Assembly (NCBI GenBank): GCA_963704145.1
Contig: CAVPHB010000002.1
Coordinates: 67,878 to 131,877, forward strand
Length of the DNA stretch: 64,000 nucleotides
Direction of reading: 5' to 3'
Source: an uncultured Chloroflexia bacterium
GTDB taxonomy: Bacteria > Chloroflexota > Limnocylindria > Limnocylindrales > CSP1-4
In this document: positions 30,997 to 40,923 of the stretch, piece by piece
How the letters are laid out: every line of letters starts with the position of its first letter
Numbering within the stretch: position 1 is the stretch's first letter
Position numbers and translations under genes: made by a program
The notes under the pieces: generated by a model
Told to the model about the DNA's origin: nothing
Databases searched by the model: none
What the model saw: the letters and a program-made list of their open reading frames with translations, nothing else

Positions 30997-31298
30997 GCAG
31001 CGCGGGCAGCGCCGTTGGCCTGATCGAGGTGCGCGGGCTGACGGGGGCCATCGGTGCCGCCGACGTGATGGTCAAGGCCGCGCCGGTGAGCATCGGCGCG
31101 CCGATCCTGATCGGTGACGGGCTGGTGACGATCGTCTGCCGCGGCGATATCGCCGCCGTCCAGGAAGCCGTCGCGGCCGGTGCCGAGGCGGCCGGGCGGC
31201 TGGGCACCTTCATCGGCGGCGCGGTCTTCGGCCGGCTGTTCCCCGAAGTCGGCCGGGCATTCCGCTTCGAAGGGAGGGAGCCGTCGGCAGAGACCTGA
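30993..31298 (+). CDS. BMC-H shell protein (single BMC domain), divergent C-terminus
   Basis: [29 protein letters not shown]...[28 protein letters not shown]. The GTG start overlaps the ADH stop (GTGA). Confidence 0.8.
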   Translation: MSSAGSAVGLIEVRGLTGAIGAADVMVKAAPVSIGAPILIGDGLVTIVCRGDIAAVQEAVAAGAEAAGRLGTFIGGAVFGRLFPEVGRAFRFEGREPSAET

Positions 31299-31353
31299 CC
31301 CGCTCATCAACCACAATAGGTTCGACATCGAATTGACATGGAGGAACGCACCA

Positions 31354-31650
31354 ATGGCAGAAACAACGCGCAGCGGCGGCACCGCCCTGGGGCTGGTCGA
31401 GACACGCGGCCTTGTGGCGGCAGTCGAGGCGGCCGACGCGATGGTCAAGGCTGCCCAGGTCACGCTCGTCTCGCGCCAGCTCGTCGGTGACGGGCTGGTC
31501 ACGGTCATCGTCAAGGGCGAAGTCGGCGCGGTCAAGACCGCCGTCGAGGCGGGTGGCATGGCCGCCCAGAAGGTCGGCGAGCTGGTCAGCCAGCACGTCA
31601 TTGCACGGCCCGACGACGCAGTCGAGGCGATCATGGTCGCCGAAGGGTGA
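31354..31650 (+). CDS. BMC-H shell protein (PduA/CcmK-like hexamer subunit)
   Basis: [85 protein letters not shown] upstream. Confidence 0.9.
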   Translation: MAETTRSGGTALGLVETRGLVAAVEAADAMVKAAQVTLVSRQLVGDGLVTVIVKGEVGAVKTAVEAGGMAAQKVGELVSQHVIARPDDAVEAIMVAEG

Positions 31651-32311
31651 CCGTCGCCGCCCTGAGCGGCACCAGCCTGCGGGTGATCGCGCACGTCGAT
31701 CGGATGGGGCCGCAGTACGCGGCCTACTGGGGATTGATGGCGCAGGGCTCGATGCCGCGCGCCGGATATTCACAGTTGCTGGTCGAGGTCTCGCCGAGCA
31801 ACGCTGTCTTCCCATTGACCGACGGGCGATGAAGGCCAGCGACGTTCGCTCGGCGGGGACGTTGATCGAGCGCGACTTCGGCCTGCTCGAGCTGCACGCT
31901 CCGACACCGGACGTCGTGCTCGAGGCGGCCGAAGCGATCCTGGACGAGCTGGGCATGCGCTTCGCCGACCGGATCGCGCCCACGGTCGTCTCGTCACAAC
32001 TGCTGCCCAACATCGCGCCCGACCATAGCCAGCTGTTCAACAGGGTCCGGCGCGGGGCGTGGACGCTGCCCGGCGATTCCCTCTTCGTGCTGGAGGTCAC
32101 GCCGGCGGCGTACGTCTACGTGCTCGCCAACGAGCTCGAGAAGGCGGTCGACATCGAGCTGGTGCGGGTCGCGGGTACCGGCCTGTTCGGAAGGCTGCTG
32201 GTGGCCGGAACGGAGGCCGACGCGCATGCCGCGCAGGAAATCGCGCTGGCGGTCGTCGACCGGCTGCGCGGCGAAACAAACCCGGCGCCGGTCGGCGCGG
32301 GAGGAGGTTGA
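31647..32311 (+). CDS. Tandem BMC-domain shell protein (BMC-T-like, probably permuted PduB/EutL type); one frame break near 31825
   Basis: Two BMC-like halves: [21 protein letters not shown]...[10 protein letters not shown] and [52 protein letters not shown] overlap with the BMC-H stop. Paralog of 32609-33266. Confidence 0.7.
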
Positions 32312-32312
32312 G

Positions 32313-32604
32313 ATGCAGCTGGCTCGAGTCGTGGGCAGTGCCGTCGCGTCGGTCAAGGAGCCGCGCATGACGGGCATGAAACTGCTCCTCGTGGAGGAGG
32401 CCGCGCCGGACGGCTCGTCCGATGGTGGCGCATACATTGCGGCCGACCTTGTGGGGGCCGGCGAGGGCGAGCTCGTCATCGTGGTGCGCGGCTCACCCGC
32501 GGCCGCGATCAATCGGCATCGACGGCGCGCCGGTCGACGCAGCCATCGTGGCCATCGTCGAGTCGGTCCGCCAGGCCGGCACGATGACGTACGTCAAGTC
32601 CTGA
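32313..32604 (+). CDS. BMC-P vertex protein (EutN/CcmL family); one frame break near 32510
   Basis: MQLARVVGSAVASVKEPRMTGMKLLLVEE...AADLVGAGEGELVIVVRGS continues in another frame as IDGAPVDAAIVAIVESV. Confidence 0.8.
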
Positions 32605-32608
32605 GCAG

Positions 32609-33266
32609 GTGACAGTGGCCAGTCGCGAACTGCGCGCCTACGGGATCATCTCGCGCATGCAGCCGCGCTATGCGGCGTACGAGGCGACCGTGGCTGACGG
32701 CGATATTCCGCTGGCCGGCATGGCTCAGCTGTTCGTCGAGATCGCGCCCGGCAACGAGATCTATCTGCTCGCCGACGCGGCGCTCAAGGCGACCAACGCG
32801 CGGCCCAGCTCGCAGGTCGTGGAGCGCGAATTCGGGATGCTCTCGCTCCACGCCGACGATCCCCAGGAGGTGGCCGAGGCGGGCCGCGTCATCCTCGAGC
32901 GGATCGGGCTGACGATCGAGGATCGGCTGCGCCCAACCGTCGTCTCGCAGAACCTGATCACCAACGTGACCCCCTTTCAGGCACAGCTCATCAACCGCTT
33001 CCGCAAGGGCTCGCTGCTCGTGCCCCAGCGAAACGCTGCTGGTGCTGGAGGTCACGCCGGCGGCGTACGTGCTGCTCGCGGCGAACGAGGCCGAGCGGGC
33101 CGCCGACATCGACATCATCGACGTGCGCCCGATCGGCCGTTTCGGGCGCCTGTATGTCAGCGGTGATGAATCGAGCGTCCGGGCGGCCCAGGAACGCGCG
33201 CTGCAGGCGCTCGAGGACGTGACCGGCCGCGCATCGCCGGCGCAGACGCGGGGCAGTGCCGCATGA
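32609..33266 (+). CDS. Tandem BMC-domain shell protein (BMC-T-like paralog); one frame break near 33030
   Basis: QLFVEIAPGNEIYLLADAALKATNARP...EREFGMLSLH and [51 protein letters not shown]. Collinear with 31647-32311. Confidence 0.7.
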
Positions 33267-33842
33267 GCGGCGGCGGACCCGTGCTGTGGGTCGAGGTGAG
33301 CGATCGCGACGAGCTCGACGCGGCGCGGCGGTCGGGCGCGGCGGCGGTCATGGTCGTGAGCTCAACCAGCACGCTCTACGGCCGTCCGGGCGACCAGCTG
33401 TGCATTCGGATCGGCGAGCGCGATGCCCGTGTGCCGCCGGGCCAGCTGGCGGCGCGTCTGCCCGTTCGGGCCGGCATCCTGTTCCGCCCGACACCAGACA
33501 CGGACGAGCTGGTGGCCGATCTCGCGCGCCGCAGGCGGCCGCTCGCGGCGGACATCAGGAGCCAGGCCGAGGCTCGCCGCGCACTCGACTCCGGCGCGAC
33601 CGCGCTCGTCGTCCACGACCCGGTGCTGGTCCGCGCGCTGCGTGATGAGCTGTCCGGCATGGGCGCGGCCGGTACCGGGCCGGCGAAGGCAGTGCCGATC
33701 ATCGGCGTGGCCGCCGGGAGCGACGCGGTCAACGAGATGCTCGGCGCCGGCGCCCAGGGCCTGCTGGTCAGGGCCGCCGAGCTGCCCGCGCTGCTGGCCA
33801 TGCCTGCCTTCGCCGCGCTGACCGCGCCGTGCGCCGCCCGTC
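33263..33842 (+). CDS. Hypothetical protein (weak beta/alpha-barrel-like repeats); 3' end undefined
   Basis: ATGA overlap with the BMC-T stop. VEVSDRDELDAARRSGAAAVMVV and IRSQAEARRALDSGATALVV look like beta-alpha units. There is no in-frame stop before the ligase gene, so the end coordinate is a guess. Confidence 0.35.
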
Positions 33843-35500
33843 GTGCGCAGCGCAAGCGCCGGCGCGACTCGCGCCTCGGCTCCACGCGGCGCGACCATCG
33901 GCGCGGCACTCGATCGCGCGGCTCGCTCATTCGGACCGCGCGAAGCACTCGTCCACGTAGCGCGCTCGCAGCGCCTGACGTACGCCGAGCTGGCGGCGGA
34001 GGCCAAGAGCGTGGCGCGGGCGCTGCTCGCGCTGGACGTCACGCCCGGCGAGCGCGTGGTCGTCTGGGCGCGCAACGCCCTTGAGTGGCCGCTCATCCAG
34101 CTTGGCGCGGCGTACGCCGGGGTCGATCGTCGCGACGGCCAACGCCAGCCTGTCGGATGAGGAGCTCGAGCAGATCATCGCCAACTGCGGCGCGGCGCTC
34201 CTGTTCGCCGGCGCGCACCGCACACCGCGCACGGCGCTGCTCGACCGGCTGGCCCGTGGCGCCGGCCCGCGTGGCCTGCGCCACGTCGTCGCGCTGCCGG
34301 AGGTCGAGTCCGTGCCCGAGTCGGTCACCGGCTGGGAACAGTTCGTGGCGCGGGCGGCGCAGGTCAGCGAGTCCGACCTGACGCGCTCGGCTGCGCGCAC
34401 CCAATCGGACGACGTGATCATGATCCTGTACACGTCGGGCACCACCGGGCGTGCCGAAGGGCGTCCAGCTGACCCATCGCGCGATGCTCCAGAACGCGGC
34501 CGCCGTGGGCGCCAACATCCGGCTGCTCGACGGCCGATCGCCTGTGCCTGCCCGTGCCGTTCCACCACTGCTTCGGCGCGGTGATGGGCTCGCTCGCCGC
34601 GCTGACCTACGGCGCGACCCTCGTCCTGCCGGCCGAGGCGCTTCGATCCGGGCGCCGTGCTGCGCGCCGCCGCAGGCCGAGCGCTGCACCGCCCTGTACG
34701 GCGTGCCAACGATGTTCGTCGCGCTGCTCGAGCATCCCGATCTGACCCGGACCGACCTCTCCAGCCTGCGCACCGGTATCGTCGCCGGCGCCCCGGTCCG
34801 CTCGAGCTCGGCCGGCGGCTGAGCCACGAGCTGCACCTGCCCGAGCTGGTCGTGGCGTATGGCCTGACCGAGGCTGCGCCGGTCGTCACCCAGACGTCGA
34901 TCGACGATCCGGAAAGTGTTCGCCTGGGCAGCGTCGGGCGGCCGATCCTGGGCGCAGAGGTCCGGGCCATAGATCCGCAGACCGGCGCGGCCGGTCCCGC
35001 CGGGCACGCCGGGCGAGCTGCTGACGCGCGGCCCGATGGTGATGCGCGGCTACTTCGACATGCCCCAGGCCTCGGCCGAGGTGATCGACCGCCAGGGCTG
35101 GCTGCACACAGGCGACCTGGCCACGTACGACCAGAACGGAGTGTGGCGCATCGTCGGCCGGATAAAGGACCTGATCATTCGCGGCGGCGAGAACATCGAT
35201 CCAGCGGCGATCGAGGCCGCCGGTCGGCGCCACCCGGCCGTCGCCGACATGCACGTTGTGGGCGTGCCGTCGGAGTACTACGGCGAGGAGATCTTCGCCT
35301 GGGTGCGCTTGGCGGCCGGTGAGCAGATCGACGAGCAACAACTGCGCAGCCATCTCGAACAGCACCTCGGGCGGTTCGAGGTGCCGCGCTACATCCGCTT
35401 TGTCGACTCGTTTCCGATGACCGAGTCGGGCAAGGTCCAGAAGAACCGCCTGCGCGAGGACGCGCGCCACGCGCTGGCGACCATGTCCGCCGCCGGCGGG
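33843..35500 (+). pseudogene. AMP-forming acyl-CoA ligase (FadD/AMP-binding family), frame broken at least 5 times; true 3' end uncertain
   Basis: [70 protein letters not shown] and SGKVQKNRL appear in order across several frames. The last frame stays open to 36097. Confidence 0.7.
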
Positions 35501-35797
35501 CCGATCAACGCGCCGGTCATCGCGCCGGTCATCGCGCCGGGCGTGGCGCCGGTCGTCGCATGGACGGCCAGCGATGGGCGGCCGCCACTGCCGCTGCTTC
35601 CGCCCAAGAACGCCACGCAGGCCATCGTCGAAGCCGCGAGTGCGGCCCCGGCCGGCGGCCCCGACAGCGACCCCGCCTCGACCGAGCGCCACGGCCCCGT
35701 CCCGGGACCGCGCTCGGCCAACCTCCCACCACGCAGCGGCTGGCACCGGCCCGATGGCCCGGGCTGGCGCTGGCGCCCACGCAAGGAGCTGACTGAC

Positions 35798-37085
35798 ATG
35801 TCGGAGACTGATCGGCCCTCGACCGCGGGTGAAGCGCCCGCTTCATCGGTCGATCTCGACGAGGTCCGCCAGCGCGGGCAGCGCATCAAGACATGGGGCA
35901 TCGTGGGCGACATCCGCGAGCAGATCGAGGCAACCGGCGAAGAGCCGATCATGTACAAGGCGCTCGGCACGCCGTCCCAGACCCAGCACCCGTTCAACCT
36001 GTTCGGCGACATCAGGAGCCAGCCGTCGGCGCTGGCGCGAGACGTTCCAGCACGCCGACGAGATCGCGCAGGTCGCGCGCACGCTCAACGAGCGTGACTT
36101 CACCGGCATCATCGGCCTTGGTTCGGGCACCTCGCAGTTCGTGGCCCAGGTCGCCAACGCCGCGTTCGCGCGTTTCGCGGGCATCGCCGGCGGCGACTAC
36201 GACTCGCAGGCGTTCCTGCGCTACCCGCCGCCGCACGACTACAGCAAGCTGCTGGCGGTCGCCTACTCGGGCAGCGGGAGCACAGTCGACACCGTCGCCG
36301 CTGCCCGCGAGTGCCGCCAGCGCGGCGCCTACACGCTGTCCTTTACGAGCGTCGAAGGCAGCCCGGTGGTGCAGGCCACCGACGCGCGCATCCTGACCGC
36401 GGGTGGCTTCGATACCGGCGGCTCGGACACGTTCCACTACACCACCCGCGTCGCCGCCGCGATCTATCTGGCGCTCGAGCTGGGCAAGCTCCGGCTGCCC
36501 GGAGCGCACGACTACGACGGCCTGCAGCGCCAGCTGCTCGAGACGCCGCGCCTGATGGCCGACGTGTTCGATGCCGTCGACAAGCGCTGCCGCACCATCG
36601 CCGATATGTTCCTCGGCGTGCGCAGCGTGCTCGTCGTCGGCGCCGGTGCGAACTACGGGACGGCCGAGGAGATCGCGCTCAAGTTCGACGAGATGAGCCA
36701 TATCCCGGCCAAGGCAATGTCGCCCGGCCGCCACATCCACGGCGCTCTCGGCCTGACCGAGGAGTCGATCCTGACCGTGCTGGTCGCGCCGCCGGGCGAG
36801 TCCTACGGCGATCTGTACGACATCGCCCGGGTGACCGAGCAGCTCAAGAGCCCGGCCATCGCGATCGTCAGCAACGGCGACGAGAAGATCGCCGATATCG
36901 TCGACTACGTCATCCGCCTGCCGATGGAGGACGAGACGATCTTCGCGGTCCTCGCCGTGCTCCCCGGCCAGCTGCTGCCGTACTGGTGCGGCGTTGGGCT
37001 CGGGCTCAACCCGGACACGCAGCGCTCGAACGTGCCCAAGCACGCACGGGTGTGGAACATGCTCTTCCCGCCCGGGACGCACTGA
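35798..37085 (+). CDS. Double-SIS-domain sugar-phosphate isomerase/deaminase (AgaS/FrlB/GlmS-C-like) with ~60-aa N-terminal extension; one frame break near 36030
   Basis: AAGGAG RBS before the ATG at 35798. HPFNLFGDIRSQPSAL then (frame change) RETFQH...IIGLGSGTSQF, AVAYSGSGSTVDT, VVGAGANYGTAEEIALKF. Confidence 0.7.
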
Positions 37086-37111
37086 TCGCGCGCGGCCGAC
37101 AGAGCGACAGG

Positions 37112-38188
37112 ATGCCAGGCGACCCCCGGACCGGCGCGATCGGCACGGCCAGCACAGCCGGTGCCGCTGCCGTGCAACGGCGGGTCGCGGTCATCGGTCC
37201 GTTGAACATGGATCTGTTCATGCGCGGGAGCGCGCCACTCAAGCGCGACGAGCTCAACTCGTGGGTCGGTCCGTCCGAAGTCGAGCTGCTCGTCGCCGGC
37301 TCGATCGGCTACACGGTGCAGGTCTTCGCCCGGCTGGGCTGGCACGTCGACGTCTGCTCGACCGTCGGGTCGGATGCGTTCGGGGCAACGATCAGGCACG
37401 AGCTCGAGGCGCGCGGCATCGACTGCCGCCACCTGGCCCAGGCCGACGGCGTGACCGCGATCGCGCTGTACGTGATGCTGTGGGGCGGCACGAAGCGACC
37501 GATGACCTACCGGCTGCCCGGCTTCGAGCCCTGGCCCGACCCGCCGCCGGCGCTCGACAGCGATGCGCCGGCGGACGGCGAACCACCGCTCACGCTGCTC
37601 CATTCGGGTGGCTTGCTGCACTTCCCACAGATGTGGCGGCGCGGCATGGCCGAGCTGTTCGCGCGCACCAGGGCGCGCGGGGTGATGACGTCGATCGATC
37701 CGCAGTTCCCACTGACCGACCTGCCCGCTCCGTGGCTGCCGCACGTCGCCGACGTCGTCGGCCATGCCGATGTGCTGCTGTGTGACGAGCACGAGGGCCG
37801 GATGCTGTTCGAGCAGACGTCGGTCGAGGGGATGATCCAAGCCGGCCACAAGGCCGGGCCGCGCATCGTCGCCATCAAGCGTGGCGCTGCCGGCGCGGTA
37901 GTCAGCGACGGCCGGACGATGATCAGCCAGCCCGCGGCGCACGTCGACCAGGCCCTGGTGCGCGAGGCGGTCGGTGCAGGCGATGCCTTCGATGCCGGCT
38001 TTCTGGACGCACTCGCGGACGGTGCCGACATCGCCACGGCGGTCCGATTTGCGACCGCCGCGGCAGCGGTCAGCCTGGCCGGCCGCGGCGGCGCCGAAGC
38101 GATCGGCGGCCGCGCATCGGTCAACGCGGCGTTCGATCTCGTCCCGGACTCCAGGGCGCTCGAGCCCAGCAGCATGCCGGCCGGATGA
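37112..38188 (+). CDS. PfkB-family carbohydrate kinase
   Basis: Intact frame. C-terminal GAGDAFDAGFL (PfkB signature 2 with catalytic Asp) and VAIKRGAAGAVV. Confidence 0.75.
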   Translation: MPGDPRTGAIGTASTAGAAAVQRRVAVIGPLNMDLFMRGSAPLKRDELNSWVGPSEVELLVAGSIGYTVQVFARLGWHVDVCSTVGSDAFGATIRHELEARGIDCRHLAQADGVTAIALYVMLWGGTKRPMTYRLPGFEPWPDPPPALDSDAPADGEPPLTLLHSGGLLHFPQMWRRGMAELFARTRARGVMTSIDPQFPLTDLPAPWLPHVADVVGHADVLLCDEHEGRMLFEQTSVEGMIQAGHKAGPRIVAIKRGAAGAVVSDGRTMISQPAAHVDQALVREAVGAGDAFDAGFLDALADGADIATAVRFATAAAAVSLAGRGGAEAIGGRASVNAAFDLVPDSRALEPSSMPAG

Positions 38189-39123
38189 TCGTCGGCGTCA
38201 CCCTCGCGCCGGCCGTCGACCGCACCGCCCGCGTCGAGCGACTGGGGTTCGACACCATCCTTCGACCCACGGCGATGCGCGTTCTGCCCGGTGGCAAGGG
38301 CATCAATGCCTGCCGCGCGGCACATCTGCTCGGGGCGCAGGTGGCGACAACGGGCATCGCGGGCGGCCACGCCGGCCGCTGGCTGGTCGAATCGCTGCAG
38401 CGTGAGGGGCTCAACCCGCACTTCGTGATCGTGGAGGCCGAGACGCGGACGACCTACGTCACCACAGATGACGCCGGCCGTTCGGTGCTCGTCTACGAGC
38501 CCAGCCTGGCGATCCCAGCCGACGCCCTTGAGAAGCTGCTCGAGCTGCTCCGGACGGACCCGCTCAGCTCCGCCGAATGGGTGATCTGCTCTGGGTCGCT
38601 GCCGGCCGGGATCGGCGACGACGCGTATGTCAGGCTGGTGCGCGCGGCGCATGACGCGGGCCAGAGATGCCTGATCGACGTGGGCGGGCCGGTGCTCGAG
38701 CGAACGCTCGCCGAACAACCGGACGTGGTCAAGGTGAGCGCGTCGGAGGCCCGGGCGGCAATCGGAGCGCCGGCGCACGCGCGCGCGGCGGACATGGCCC
38801 GTGCGCTGGCTCGCCGCGGCGCACGGCTGGCTGTCGTGACCGACGGACCGCGGGGCGCATCAGCATCGGACGGCCGCCGGTCGTGGACGATCCGTGTGCC
38901 GCGCGTCAGGGCGGTCAACCCAATCGGGGCAGGCGACGTGTTCAACGCCGGGCTAGTCGTCGCGCTCGGCGCCGGCGCGATGAACGAAATGGCGCTCGCT
39001 CGCGCGGCAGCGGCTGCAAGTGCGAGCGTGCTCGAGCTCGGCGCGGGCGAGGTCGATCCAGTGCGCGTGGCCGAGATGCTGCGGCTGGTCGTCGTGCGCG
39101 AGGTGGGTCATGCAGCGATCTGA
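38185..39123 (+). CDS. PfkB-family kinase of the 1-phosphofructokinase / tagatose-6-phosphate kinase (FruK/LacC) type
   Basis: MIVGVTLAPAVDR...LPGGKGINACRA...PIGAGDVFNAG. ATGA overlap with the preceding kinase. Confidence 0.75.
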   Translation: MIVGVTLAPAVDRTARVERLGFDTILRPTAMRVLPGGKGINACRAAHLLGAQVATTGIAGGHAGRWLVESLQREGLNPHFVIVEAETRTTYVTTDDAGRSVLVYEPSLAIPADALEKLLELLRTDPLSSAEWVICSGSLPAGIGDDAYVRLVRAAHDAGQRCLIDVGGPVLERTLAEQPDVVKVSASEARAAIGAPAHARAADMARALARRGARLAVVTDGPRGASASDGRRSWTIRVPRVRAVNPIGAGDVFNAGLVVALGAGAMNEMALARAAAAASASVLELGAGEVDPVRVAEMLRLVVVREVGHAAI

Positions 39124-39200
39124 CGACGCGCGGGCGCTGACCGATCGCGAGCTGGGGCGCCAGATTGCCGATCTCCAGGCCCGCCGTCCCGGCGCCGGAG

Positions 39201-39902
39201 TCAGTTCAGGCGTTCGTCCGCGGCGCCGGCCCTGGACGTACATCGACATCTGGCGCCTCGCTCAGCTGCGCGCCGAACGCGATCGTCGAGGCGGCTGAGC
39301 AACTCACGCGGCTCGAGGCCGCGGAAATCGGCGATCACCAGGGCAGCGCCGACGAGCAGGTCGGGTCGGCCCAGCGACGCGACTCCGACACACGCAGCTC
39401 CGGCCGCGTGCGCCGATGCGATGCCAGCCTGCGTGTCCTCGAAGACGACGCACTGCGCGGCGCGCAGACCAAGCGCATCGGCGCCGGCCACGTAAGGATC
39501 GGGCGCCGGCTTGCCGCGACCGACCCGGTCGTGGTCGACGATGACCTCGAACGCGTCCGCCAGGCCGATGGCGTCGAGGGCAAGCCGGATGTTCGTCCCG
39601 GACGCCGAGCTGACCACCGCGCACGGAACCCGAGCGGCGAGCGTGGCGCGGACGAACTCAGCCGCGCCGGGTATGGGACGCAGTGCGGCGCCGGCAGCCA
39701 CCTCGGCGCGTTTGTCGTCGATGCCGGCGGCGACGAGGTCGGCCGCCGCAGCTGGATCGAACGCGAAGACGTCGGTCAGCACGTCGAGCGTCCGCCGCCC
39801 GAACATTCGATCGACTATCTCGCGATCGGTGAAGGACAGCCCGCGTTGGGCGGCGAAGGAGCGCCAGCCGGTCATGACCAGCGCGTGCGTGTCGACCAGC
39901 AC
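39201..39902 (-). CDS. HAD-superfamily phosphatase (beta-phosphoglucomutase-like subfamily); true start upstream of the track start
   Basis: SSASG (motif II), GKPAPDPY and VVFEDTQAGIASAHAAG (motifs III/IV). Motif I, FDLDGVLVDT, begins in frame at 39903-39923 with no canonical start codon before it. Confidence 0.65.
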   Translation of the reverse strand: MLVDTHALVMTGWRSFAAQRGLSFTDREIVDRMFGRRTLDVLTDVFAFDPAAAADLVAAGIDDKRAEVAAGAALRPIPGAAEFVRATLAARVPCAVVSSASGTNIRLALDAIGLADAFEVIVDHDRVGRGKPAPDPYVAGADALGLRAAQCVVFEDTQAGIASAHAAGAACVGVASLGRPDLLVGAALVIADFRGLEPRELLSRLDDRVRRAAERGARCRCTSRAGAADERLN

Positions 39903-39961
39903 CCCATCGAGGTCGAACAGGAAGCCCGAGATCGGGTCCAGCGGGCGGGACGGGCGCGAGG

Positions 39962-40765
39962 TCAGGCCTCGCGTGCCGCCGACGTGGCCAGGCCGGCGAT
40001 CATGCGCACGATCTCCTCGTGGTCCGTGTCGGTCGTGTCGCGCACGCCGGCGAGCCGGCCGAGGCGCATGACCGCGATGCGGGTGGAGAGCGTGAAGACG
40101 TGGTCGAGGTTGTGGCTGACGATGATCTGGGTCAGGCCGCGCTCGGCCAGGCGGCCGATCAGGCTCTGTACGCGCGCCGCTTCCTGCAGCCCGAGCGCCG
40201 CCATCGGCTCATCCATGATCAGGATGCGCGAGCCCCAGTGGACGGCACGGCCGATCGCGATCGCCTGGCGCTGGCCACCCGAGAGGCGGCGCACCTGCTG
40301 GCGAACCGACGGGATGTTGACGTTCAGGTCGGCCAGCGCTGCGGCCGTCTCGCGCCGCATCCGGCCCGTGTCGATGTACCGGAACGGGCCCCAACCGCGA
40401 GTCAGCTCGCGGCCCATGAAGAGGTTCTCTGTCACATCCCGGTGATCTGCCAGGGCCAAGTCCTGATAGACGGTTTCGATGCCCGCCGCACGCGCGGCCG
40501 CCGGGCTGCCGAAACGCATCGAAACGCCGTCGACCTCGAGGTTGCCCTGGTCGGGGTGAAGCACGCCGGCGAGCATCTTGATCAACGTGGTCTTGCCCGC
40601 GCCGTTGTCGCCCACCAGCGCCGTAACGGTGCCCGCCGGAAACTCGAGGGTGACGTCCTGGACCGCGTGGACACCGCCGTACGCCTTGGAGATACCGCGC
40701 GCCGCCAAGAGCGGGACGGCGGCAACCACGGTCGAGCCGTTGGCGATCTGCATCGGCTGCTCCAC
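39962..40765 (-). CDS. Sugar ABC transporter ATP-binding protein (single NBD)
   Basis: GDNGAGKTT (Walker A), LSGGQRQAIAIGRA (signature), ILIMDEP (Walker B). Intact frame. Confidence 0.85.
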   Translation of the reverse strand: MEQPMQIANGSTVVAAVPLLAARGISKAYGGVHAVQDVTLEFPAGTVTALVGDNGAGKTTLIKMLAGVLHPDQGNLEVDGVSMRFGSPAAARAAGIETVYQDLALADHRDVTENLFMGRELTRGWGPFRYIDTGRMRRETAAALADLNVNIPSVRQQVRRLSGGQRQAIAIGRAVHWGSRILIMDEPMAALGLQEAARVQSLIGRLAERGLTQIIVSHNLDHVFTLSTRIAVMRLGRLAGVRDTTDTDHEEIVRMIAGLATSAAREA

Positions 40766-40923
40766 GCCCGCACTCTAGCGCGGCAGAAGGACGTCGGCAA
40801 TAGTGCGCGCACATTTGTGCGGAGCGAGAGAGCGCCGGCGGCGGGCGGTGACCAACACGGGCGGTTCGCGTCGCCGTGCTCGGCGTATGCTTCGCGCTTC
40901 ACGGCGAGGGAGACCACCACCCT

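Noticed and set aside
39110-39298. Short + strand ORF (MQRSDDARALTDRELGRQIADLQARRP...) overlapping the end of the second kinase gene and the HAD gene tail.
   Set aside because: There is no RBS. It overlaps two better-supported genes, and its second half is low-complexity Arg/Pro.
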